A DNA stretch of 64,000 nucleotides, from positions 806,001 through 870,000 of the forward strand of contig JASVEC010000011.1 in NCBI GenBank assembly GCA_030770535.1, read 5' to 3'. Below the pieces are notes generated by a model. It was given only the letters and a program-made list of their open reading frames with translations. It did not search any database and had not been told where the DNA came from. The position numbers and the translations under genes are program-made. The stretch comes from Batkoa obscura (Eukaryota). Positions 1 to 10,989 of this stretch are shown here, one piece after another (position 1 is the stretch's first letter; every line of letters starts with the position of its first letter).

Positions 1-215
1 AAAATGTTATCTTTTAGCCATTTACTTGATCACTATTGGCTAAGGAATGTGTTATCATAGATTGTGATTCGTTACTATTGGCCAATTAATTTTATTTGGT
101 CACAATTACTTGAGGCTTTTTGGATCTTTTTTGGTTTGTATTTGATTTTTTAGATAGTGGAGTTTTCATTTTGGGTTTAGTTTTAACTATGATTTAATGA
201 ATATTTTAAAGTTCA

Positions 216-359
216 TTAGCCACTTGAGTACTATAAACGAGTTTTGCTCGTAAAATTAGCTTTAGCTAAGCAAGATCATTCTTCAATAATCAAAAGGATC
301 AAAAATTCTGATCCAATCGAACAGAATTTTTTTTGAATGTTTGGTACTCAAAGGGTTAA
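216..359. mobile_element. Degenerate piggyBac-like MITE (~140 bp)
   Basis: Right end GTTTGGTACTCAAAGGG-TTAA is the imperfect reverse complement of left end TTAG-CCACTTGAGTACTATAAAC; TTAA-CCC termini are typical of piggyBac. Internal hairpins ACGAG-TTTTG-CTCGT and AAAAATTCTG..CAGAATTTTT. Confidence 0.45.
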
Positions 360-1246
360 TGTTAATATTAAATAATGTTTTTGATATAGTTTTACCATCA
401 CTTTGATAAAGATATAAAATTAAAGTATGTGAACTGGAACAACTTTAAATAGATTTCTGGTTTATAAATAGTTTAAAAATTAAAACAATTGTAACTAGTT
501 TATAAACATTATGTAAACTACTTTTTATTAATAGTAATTTAAACATATAAAGTGTGTATTATAATTTATTACTGCTATATTTATAATAAATAATGGTTAA
601 CTAAATTTTTTTATCTGTTTTATTACAATTATCTTTTGAATGTCTAAAAAATATTTAAAGCCTTGATATTTTGCTTAAGGTTTTAATTTAAAATTTACTT
701 TAAACTTAATTATTATCAAAACATTAAAAAAATAGAAAATGATGTTTACTATGTGTTAAAAATGCAATATTTATTATTATTGGTTATGATATATATTCAA
801 TTTTGAAGAGTTGATATTAAGCATATAGAGCAAGAAACATAAATTACAACTATTTGTTAATTACTTTATATAAATAATGTTAAAACCTAAATAAATTTAA
901 ATAAAAATCATAACCGTATAATTGATACAAACTTTTTAATACGTTCATTTACTACATATATTTATAGTATATAGTAAAGCCTAGACCTCTTAATAGTGAT
1001 AATTTTTATAAAGGAATATCTAAGTTTATAATCTTTTACTAATCCTATCTTTTAAAAGTACCAAACAAGTTTAACTATAATAAAAATATAATACCTTGTG
1101 ATTTCCATAATATAATTATATAATACTATCCTTATAGTCATTAATTTCATTTAATTATCCACTTTAATTACCGTTTGTAAACCATAATTATCAAAATAAG
1201 ATGTACAAAAAAAAACAAATAAATTTATCATAAACTATATTTGTAA

Positions 1247-2125
1247 TTAATCAGAATAATCCATTGCTTGTTCATCAAATTGTTCATTAGGATCACGGGA
1301 CTGTTCAAAATCATCTTCATAAAATGTTTCACCTTCTTCTTCGAGACCTCCTTCATTAGAATCTTCAAAGTTCTCTTCGATAATTTGTGGCTCTGGTTTT
1401 TGACCATTACCTGGTGCATACGATGACATTTCTTTTTCATATCTTATTTTGTCTTGATCATACATGCGATAATATTTCTATCATACTTTTAGTTTTGTTT
1501 TTATATGTAAATTCCAACTGTTACCTCTTTTTCTGAATTATCAAGCTCTTTCCAGCGTGCTCCAAGTAATTTAGTAAGATCACTTAAAGTAGCGTCTTGA
1601 TTTTCTTCCCTCATTTTCGCTCTCTCAAGCTGACAAAACATAAAAAATGCGTTAGCTGGTCTTTTTGGTGCATTAGGATCTTTTTCGGGTCTTCTTTTTT
1701 CAACTACTACTTCTTCCTATAATTATGAGTAATGGGTTTTCGAAACATAATATTTATTACGTCAGATGATATATCACTGTCAACTGGTGAGCCTTCACGC
1801 ATTTCTGTAAGCTTTTCAAGTAAAATACTAAATTTTTAGTTATTATTTTATGACTTTTTTTAAATTTGTACCTCTTTTCAAATTTTAATTCTTTTAGTCG
1901 ACGATCATATTTTGCCATCTTTTTGGCTAAGTCTTCAGCTTCCTATTTTTGGCTTAATTTTAATTTATCAAGTTACTACTGACTTACAGTTTCTGCATCT
2001 CGTACTTGTACTTTTAAAGATTTATACTTTCTTTTATATTTTGCATCATTTTTGTCTATCTATTTTTAATATCAATTTTAAACTAATCATAATACAAAAT
2101 TACCCTCCATTGCTCTTGATGCCAT
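1247..2125 (-). CDS. HMG-box protein, Nhp10-like (INO80 subunit); multi-exon
   Basis: Spliced by hand with GT-AG introns: MASRAME-DKNDAKYKRKYKSLKVQVRDAET ... DPNAPKRPANAFFMFCQLERAKMREENQDATLSDLTKLLGARWKELDNSEKE ... MYDQDKIRYEKEM plus acidic tail. The HMG box is clear; the N-terminal KYKRKY coiled coil suggests Nhp10. Confidence 0.8.
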
Positions 2126-3113
2126 TAACAATGTAAATTAAAAAAGGTTACAAATTATTTAAACTTTAAATGAGCCAGGTTTGTTATTTTATCAACATGT
2201 TACCATCCATTTTCCCTAAAAGCAAATCAGAATCCCATGTCACTTGGGCAATAAGCATTGGTTGCTATTTATTCATTTTGTATCACTTGCTTTTGATTTC
2301 AATTTTCCTAAATTCAGTAAAATTAAAAGTGAAGCTAATATAAACTATTCTCTGCCCAAAAAATCATTACAATAATATTTGACAAGAGCTTTAAAGATGT
2401 TAGTATTAATATTGAATTGGTATAAGATGATTAAAAAAGCGACATATTTTAAAAAAAAGTGCACAAGTCATTTATAAAAGTCAATCATAGTCAGTGAAAT
2501 CGTTTTTAAAAGTACTATCGAGTTAAAGCTAATGTTTTGAAAAAAACATCCATCAAATATTATTTGTAAACAATTCTTTGTGATGTGAATTTATTTTAAA
2601 GTTGAAGAGGTAATTATATGCAATAGTTTAGTTATGGTTAATAGGATAAATGGCCCGCTCTCATTTAAAAGCATAATATCTTGAGTCAAACTTGGTGGTT
2701 TAATAGACTTAATAGTCAAACATTATTTTAGTTCTTTTTATATTTCTAAGCAATTTTGTGGCACTTTAAAATGGAAGTATAAAATTAAAAATGATAATTC
2801 GATATATGGAATCATGATACCATAAGTAGTAATCAAAGGAAACATAATAAATAATAAAACAAAGAGCTAATAAAAGGATACTAAGACTACTAAAAATTAA
2901 GTTAATTGAATACATAAAGCTATTAAACATTACAAACTAAAAGAATTGAAAAAATATAATATTCATGTTTGGCTTTATTTTTAAGCTCTTATGAAGAAAA
3001 ACAACTGCAAAAACAATAAAGTTATACGTGAATAAAATTTATAAAAAAAGATTGCTACTTCGGATAGCTATAGCACTATATAATTTAAAATTATAATTAA
3101 TATAAATCATTTC

Positions 3114-4520
3114 TTATTTCTGACCATCATTAGTAAGTGAATAATTCTCACTATTTCTTTTGATGATTTCTACAACTGGACCAAGTAAGCGTACAAATGC
3201 CTTTTTACCAAGAGTGGCGCATTTTAGTCGCCCACGAGCACTAACTGTAGCCTTTCTTGGTTCCTCATTCAGTAGTGCAAGTTCTAAATATTATAAAAAT
3301 AATCAAAAATAATTAAAAATGATGATTCAAAAATTACCTCCAAAATAGTCTCCCTTTTTCAATGAAGGTAGGTTATGTGCGACGCCATTTTCATCTGTTT
3401 TAGTTATTGAAGCTTCCCCAGATTCAATAATATAAAAATTTTCTCCAGTGTCCCCTTGTTTAAGTACAATTTCTCCATCATTATAAATAATTGATTCTAA
3501 AGCATCAGCAACCTTATGCCTTTCATAGGGCTCAAGATTAGTTAATAAAGGAACCTCTTCAAGGAAGGATTCATACATGCGACGTTTTCTAGAAGTTTGT
3601 TCCATCAAAATTTTTCTAAAAGTTACTCTATCTAATGCCCAAAGTACAGCATCCTCTGTACAAGTTACAGTTGCTGCACGTGGTGCATTATACATCAATG
3701 CTAATTCTCCAAAACTACCTCCTGCGCTATAAGAAAGTACTTTAACTTTACCACCATCCTTTTCAACATAAACATCAAACGAGCCACTTTCCACCACATA
3801 AAAATAATCTCCTACCCCTCCCTGTACAATAATATCTTCCCCTCTAAAAACTCGTTTTTCTGACATGGCATCGATAACATCCTTGTGTTGTTCTTCATCA
3901 AGGTTTTTAAATAAAAAGTTGTTAGAAATAGAACTTTCAATTCGGCTACGTTGTTCTGGGTTTTTATCTACATAGATTTTAACAAACTCGCCATCTTTTG
4001 TTGGTGCCATGGATTCAGCACTGATAGAGGTACGTCTACCCCTATTATAAGATGGTGGCTCAAATGGGACATCATCATCACTTGAAGATAATAGAAAACT
4101 ACTATCTGAAGCAGCATCTGAAATTATTTCATTTCCAGATAAATATACATCACTTCCGTCTGTGGATTCTAAGGTATTAATTGGCTCTTCAGCTGAGAAA
4201 TCAACTGGGAAATCAGCTGGAAGAGATATCAAATCTTTATTTTCGTTAATAGAACGTTTTTGTATTTCGTTATTGTTTTCAGCTCTAGTGACTAAAATAA
4301 AGGGTAAATTGTATTATTTAAACGATAATAAAAATAAGATACCTAAATTCAAAAGGTTTAAACGCTGTTCAATTAATTTTTGATTGAAATAGTCAGCACA
4401 GTACTGATATATATCTTTTGGGTTATCTTTGGTAAGTTCCGCCTTTAATTTTTCACATAGAGTTTCTACAGAAGGAAAAAGCTCCTCGATAGAATAGTTT
4501 AAAGAAGAGTTATTGGACAT
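3114..4520 (-). CDS. BCY1: cAMP-dependent protein kinase regulatory subunit (3 exons)
   Basis: N-terminal D/D-like domain, inhibitory site RRTSISAES, two cNMP-binding domains ([33 protein letters not shown]). Last exon ends ..[13 protein letters not shown] at 3114. Confidence 0.95.
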
Positions 4521-5296
4521 GCTTCAATATTAAAACAACCTATTTTAAATGTTTCGTTCGTTCAACAATAATATCGTTATTATGTATTATAGATTTCAAT
4601 CCTCTAATTTAATAATTAAATTGATTATAATACTCACTATTTTTTAAAAAAAGAGATTGTTTCCTCCAACTTAACGTTCAACTTATTTTAAGTTTCTAAC
4701 TTAACCAATTCAGTCACAATAGGTCGAATAGTTGTTACTTAATTGGTTATTCTATTCTGCCACTTTTCTTTCATTGGTTTGCTAAATTTAATTCTTATTC
4801 AAAATAGAATCCTACTTTATAATTGCACATCATCAAAATTAAAATGACTTAAAGTAACCTAAAAAATAAGACTTATATTCCGTGCAGCTAATAATAGAGA
4901 CCAAGTTATTACTTATTTTTATATTTAAACTTTCAAATCTAAAAACAGAAGTATAACTATTTCAAATAGGAGTTATTATGCTATATTATTGATGAAATTA
5001 TATTTCCATAAGAATCAAGATTTTTAAAACTGGTATTTTCTATTGAAAGTCCTATGGGTAAAAAAATTTAATGTCAATTTGTATAAAAATATTCTAAATT
5101 CAAAGTCATCAATTATTCCTTAACATGATCAAAGTAAAAAATAACGGTATCTTATACATCTTAATTGCCCAACCTCAAAACTGAAGTTTATATTAAACTA
5201 GTTTTATACGATTTCAAGGTGTTGATTTAAAAAAATGAAACGAATTTTTATTTAATATTTTTAAACTCACTTAAGTTTTATAATAGTTGTTCAAAG

Positions 5297-5639
5297 TGAA
5301 ATATACCCTTTTTTGCTAATGTTTAAAAAAGTAGTTGATGGCATCATACAAACAATTGAAGACTATTTTTCAACAAGTACTAAACATAATGGTAAAAAAA
5401 GTACCTTATTTTATCAAAAATAATTTTTTTCATAAAAAACATTGAAAGTGTAAAATTAATACGCTCTAAAAAGTTTCTACAAAATTTTAAATTTTTTGTT
5501 CAAAATAAAACTATATTTTAATGAATTCGATGTCTTTTTTTATCATCATATTTGGTACTTTGTTGAAAAATAGTCTTCAATTGTTTGTATGATGCCATCA
5601 ACTACTTTTTTAAACATTAGCAAAAGAGGGTATATTTCA
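5297..5639. mobile_element. MITE/foldback element, ~340 bp with ~100-bp terminal inverted repeats
   Basis: 5297 TGAAATATACCCTTTTTTGCTAATGTTTAAAAAAGTAGTTGATGGCATCATACAAACAATTGAAGACTATTTTTCAACAAGTAC is matched in reverse complement by ~5555-5639; non-coding AT-rich spacer. Confidence 0.8.
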
Positions 5640-5917
5640 GCTTATTTTAAATTAAACAAGCAACACTATTGCATTTTTCAAAGTTCCATCTTGGGATTTT
5701 TTATTGAAATGAATACAAAAATATGGTGGATAAAAAAAAGCTAATATTAAGTTGCTTACATATAAGTACGATTACTATTAACTTAAAATGATATTGAAAA
5801 AATAATCAAAGATACATTTTTCAAAAATATTTCAATAAAGTTAGACAGTAGACTGAACTTAATCGATATTTTATTTTAACAAAAAAGGCAACAAATCTGT
5901 TATAGTAGCTTTCACAA

Positions 5918-7221
5918 TTAAACAAACTTATTCAACCATTTAGTGACCATTTTTGCCATAAGGGAGGAATGATCTAAAATCATTATTACTTGTTGCTACT
6001 AAATAATAAGTAATAGTTTACCTAATATAAAAGCATGGGGAATCTGTTGATTACAAAGGAGGATATTAGCTAAATAAGAACCATTAAATTATACTAAAAT
6101 ATATAATATAAATCTTTACCATTAGGAATCAATTTCTTCATATTAATATAGTGCTTTTCAGGTGCCCAGCCGTCATTTTTACCATAGTAGATTGTTAACT
6201 TTTTCTCATTTTTAATATAAAACTCTTCATCTAAATCGGTAATTTGGATCATTTCTTCAAATCCTGTCTGTAAACAATTTTGGGCATTTTTATGTGTACT
6301 AAAAATAATAGAAGTTAAGGTTAACAATATAATATACGATATAATATATATCAAACAAAAGGATATAATGCTACATTATCTACGGTAATTGATGTATATC
6401 TATCACTATGCCATGTGAAAAGTTTTACAGTTAAAAATTTGACCCAGCGTGGCAATAGACTTACCAAAAATACAACCCACATCGCTATCATTATTGGGTA
6501 TTTTAAAAACAAAAACTAATAATGATATAGAGTGATCTGTTTAACAAAATAAATATTCCTTACACTACACATTTTGACACCATTAGGTGTATTTTTGATA
6601 TCACATAAAGCAGGGAATAAGTTGATTATATGCTTAATGTTATAATTTGGTCTTTGTTTTAAAACCTTCGTGTATATGTTAAAATATAAAAAATGAATAA
6701 CACTATAGACTTACTTGTTCAGCTAACCAGCCACCCATAGAATGGGACATAAAGAAATAGTCAGTATCCCCTGGGTAGCTTTCAACTATCTTATCCAAAC
6801 AATGCAGTTTGAACTCCACTTGGTCGTTTAAGCTATATATATTTTTTGAAACCAAGTTTAAACTTTGACTTGAGCTATGGCCTACATGGCCGACTATTTT
6901 TAATTTTGTTAATTATATATTATCCTCCTTAATGTTATATTCTTTTACTCAGTATGATCTCCAGACCTCGGTCTAAGTTATTATAAACTTGGTCTAAAAA
7001 ATCCATATAATACTCAGGGATACCAGGGTTTCCTATTATACAAAAAATGAAATCCTTCATATACAAACATTCCTCCTTTGTTTACCTGGGTAGAAGATTA
7101 ACACTCTTTTTTTATCCTTATTCCTATTTTGTGGCCATAGGTAAGAGACTGCTCCCATCTTCAATTCAGGTATTGAAAACACACTTTTATATGGTAGCTT
7201 CAAATATTTTAAATTGTCCAT
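5918..7221 (-). CDS. Lipid droplet-associated serine hydrolase (LDAH/DUF2305-like), copy 1; multi-exon, includes one AT-AC intron
   Basis: MDNLKYLKLPYKSVF..LIFYPG-NPGIPEYYMDFL, GHVGHS, nucleophile elbow SHSMGG, YYGKNDGWAP, IPHAFIL, ends ..KWLNKFV*. Confidence 0.85.
6296..6366 (-). other. U12-type (minor spliceosome) AT-AC intron, 71 nt
   Basis: Minus strand: TT|ATATCCTTTTG ... CCTTAAC-N18 ... TAC|A; removal joins VDNVAL to HKNAQNC in frame. Confidence 0.85.
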
Positions 7222-7572
7222 CGTATTTTTAAATATAAATAAATGAAAAGAGTATTTTTCTCCTCATTATTGCATATCCTTTTTTCCACTATTTCTCCTG
7301 AGTTATCAAATGATTTATTCAAGCTTAATAGAATAATATGATAATTGAAGAAAATGGGCATTATGTTGTAGTTGTAATGATACTGCACTTTTGAACACGT
7401 CACATCTTTTTAAAAAACTTGGCAAACTCATTACATTTATAGCAATTTGTTTTGATTATTTGGCATATTAGCTTTAAGTTAATTGACAGTTTATTTTAGC
7501 CAAAATTAGCAAAATATTTCAACATTAAATAGCAAACTACTTCATCTATTATTAAAAAGTAGTATTTTAATA

Positions 7573-7674
7573 CACGGTGACGTTTTTTTGGTTTCATCAC
7601 TTTTTCTATTTTTTAAGCGCTATTTGAGTGGAAAGGCTATTAGTAAAATTCTTAAACAAAAAAACGTCCTCATA
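7573..7674 (+). mobile_element. ~100-bp Tc1/mariner-type MITE family A, between the two LDAH genes
   Basis: Matches family consensus TGGGGATGTTTTTTTGGTTTCATCACTTTTTCCATCTTTTAAGCGCTATTTGAGCGGAAAGATTGTTAGTAAAATTCTTAAACAAAAAATACATCCCCA. Confidence 0.8.
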
Positions 7675-7772
7675 TGTCACAATGAAACAAAAAATAAATA
7701 TATAATCTTTAAAAAATCATATTTTAATTTTATGAAATAATAATTCTAACGCCTTTATTGACGATGATATTA

Positions 7773-9073
7773 CTAAATAAGTTCTGCCAACCACTTAGTA
7801 ACTTTTTCAGCCATAATGGGAGAATGATCTAAAACTATTACTTGTTATCACTTAATAAAAGATGACTTACCTAATACGAAAGCATGTGGAAGTTTTTGAT
7901 CACAAAAATGAATATTGGCTAAAAAATTAATACATAAATAAAGCATAAATAAAAAAATGTCAACTTTACCATTAGGAATCAATTTCTTCATATTGATATA
8001 ATGTTGTTTAGGTGACCAGCCATCATTTTCACCATAATATATAGTTAATTTGTTCTCATTTTTAATATAAAACTCTTCGTTTAAGTCAGAAATTTGAGTC
8101 ATTTCTTGAAAGCCCATATTTAAGCTATTCTGGGCATTTTTATGTGTATTTACAATAACATAGGTTAGGGCTAATAATATAATATACGATATAATATATA
8201 TCAAACAAAAGGATATAATAACAAATTATCGACAGTAATTGCTGCATTTCTATCGTCTTGCCCGGTATAAGTTTTTGTAATGTAAAATTTCAACCAACGT
8301 GGTAATAAACTAAACAAAAATATAATCCACATCGCTGCCATCATTGGGTATTTTAAAAACAAAAACTAATAATGATATAGAGTGATCTGTTTAACAAAAT
8401 AAATATTCCTTACACTACACATTTTGACACCATTAGGTGTATTTTTGATATCACATAAAGCAGGGAATAAGTTGATTATATGCTTAATGTTATAATTTGG
8501 TCTTTGTTTTAAAACCTTCGTGTATATGTTAAAATATAAAAAATGAATAACACTATAGACTTACTTGTTCAGCTAACCAGCCACCCATAGAATGGGACAT
8601 AAAGAAATAGTCAGTATCCCCTGGGTAGCTTTCAACTATCTTATCCAAACAATGCAGTTTGAACTCCACTTGGTCGTTTAAGCTATATATATTTTTTGAA
8701 ACCAAGTTTAAACTTTGACTTGAGCTTTGCCCTACATGGCCAACTATTTTTATAAATACGTTAGATGTATGCTAAATCCTTTTTATCGTTCTCATTTACT
8801 TAATATAATCTCCAGACTTCGGTCTAAGTTATTATAAACTTGGTCTAAAAAATCCATATAATACTCTGGGCAGCCAGGATTTCCTGATTTAAAAAATAAA
8901 ATTTAACTATATATCAAACTTTACTTTTCATATTTACCTGGAAAAAATATCAATACCTTATTTTTACCCTTGATTTCGTTTTGTGGCCAAAGATAAGATA
9001 TCGCCCCCATTTTTATTTTAGGTATAAAAAATACACTTTTATATGGTAAGCTCAAATACTTTAGGTTGTTCAT
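7773..9073 (-). CDS. Lipid droplet-associated serine hydrolase (LDAH/DUF2305-like), copy 2; tandem paralogue
   Basis: MNNLKYLSLPYKSVF..LIFFPG-NPGCPEYYMDFL, SHSMGG, YYGENDGWSP, LPHAFVL, ends ..KWLAELI*. Same exon structure as copy 1, offset ~1850 bp. Confidence 0.85.
8146..8216 (-). other. U12-type (minor spliceosome) AT-AC intron, 71 nt
   Basis: Minus strand: TT|ATATCCTTTTG ... GCCCTAAC ... GTAAATAC|A; removal joins VDNLLL to HKNAQNS in frame; no AG at the 3' junction. Confidence 0.85.
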
Positions 9074-9759
9074 TGTTTTATTGAATATTGAAAAGTAAAA
9101 AGGGAACCATTGATTTAAATCCCTTTTTTGCTATCTTTTTGTACTATCATTTATTTATTTTCTTGCTCGTCAAGCGGGAGCTTTTTGCTATAATTTCTTG
9201 AAATCCGAGATGATTTTAACCTCCAATTTGATTGGTTAAATGCAAAATATAGAATTTTTGAAAAGGGAAAGAGATAAGTATCAACCGTGTACTTGCAATA
9301 ATAATTGCACTATTGATCACCTACATAGAATGAATATTGTATTGGATTTAAGTTTGAGGAGAATTTTAAGTATTAGTGTGTAGTAACCATTCACAACATC
9401 AAATAATAGATAACATAGCCTATATTTCGTATTTAAACTTTATACTTATTTTCTTTATATTTTCTGACATACTTTTTTCACTTATGTTTTTAATTCCTAT
9501 TTTCGATTTATGCAAATAGAAAGGATATAAATTCTGTTAAGTACTTCAGTGTGTTAAATAACTATGATAACTTGTAATATCAAATATTTGAAAACCCATT
9601 TTTGAAAACTCAAGATCCCATAAAATCTCTACCAGAAATCTCGTGCGTTAGTAAAAAACGAACAAAAGATAAAATTAGCCAATAAAATAAGCAATAGACC
9701 AATTAACCTATCCGAATTAAATTTCATGGCAAAAATCTCGCTCATTTTCTTTTTATAAA

Positions 9760-10339
9760 ATGTTAACCAGTAGACTCTTCTTCAATAGTACCAAAGCTAG
9801 TGCACGTAGTAGCTTACGTCAATATTCTTCTACTGCTTCTTCTTCAGCTAGAGAAAAGTATTTTGAAGAATTAAAGCATACCCAAGAGCATGCTAAAAGT
9901 AAATTTTCGACAATTTAAATATAAAAAAAATAAAAGATGCAATAAAATAAAAAATACATTCAGGACAAATACTAAAAAAATTAAATAGAAGCCACCAATA
10001 CCTGGCGTTTAATTTCATTATACGTTGCAGGTCCAATTTTAATTGTTACCTCTTATAACGCTTATCGTATTGCCAAAGATCATGAAGAACACATGAAGCA
10101 CCACCCTTATGAGTTTAAACCATGGCCTCATCTTCGTATCCGTAATAAGGTATTTTTTTTTCACTTCTAATTAATTTTTGATCTAACTTCCTTTTTTTTA
10201 GGCTTTCCCATTCGGTGATGGTAATATTATATGATTAGGTAAATAAAAATGAATGAGTTTTAATCTATTTTTTTATTTAGGTGACCATACTCTCTTCCAT
10301 AACCCATCTATCAATTTAGATCCACCAAAGGATAACTAA
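9760..10339 (+). CDS. COX13: Cytochrome c oxidase subunit VIa (4 exons including a 19-nt micro-exon)
   Basis: Spliced: [85 protein letters not shown]; mitochondrial presequence plus COX6A signature. Not in the ORF track. Confidence 0.92.
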
Positions 10340-10989
10340 GATTTTTATTTCGATATCGAATAAATCAAAGTTTTTAAGTTAACTTAAACTGTATCGATAT
10401 TTCAATATTTTATTGGGAATGAGTAATTTTTTGGAAATTTCATTTATCTTGGAATGGCTTTATTAAAAACAATATCTCATATTTATAGCAAAATTATATC
10501 AAAAAAAAATACTTTCGAAACGTAAGATAAAAAACTTCTTAATATACACATTGATATTACAAATTTAAAGTTTCAAGAAATAATCGTCAGATATAATAAG
10601 TGTAATGACATAATGAAGTATATAAAATTTTATTTAGTTTGGTTAATTATATAAAAATTCTGTGCATAGGTTTATTTTTTTAAATTTTACTTTGTAAACA
10701 AAAAAGTATATATTAAAATTCTACATTATATTGTTTAATCTTATACAATATATGTCATCAAATAATATAGACTTGGGCAATGATGCTGTTATTTTGAACT
10801 TGAACCTTATTGCAGTTAAAATCTCAAAAATATTTCAAAAATCAATCAATCAAAAGAACCTAAAGAATTTACTAGAAATAGAAAATTACAATTCTATAAA
10901 AAAATTAATAATTTTCAAAAGCAAAATAATTTTATTTCTAAAATTCATTTTTTTTATTTAAAAAAAATATTTGTAAAATATAACCATAG

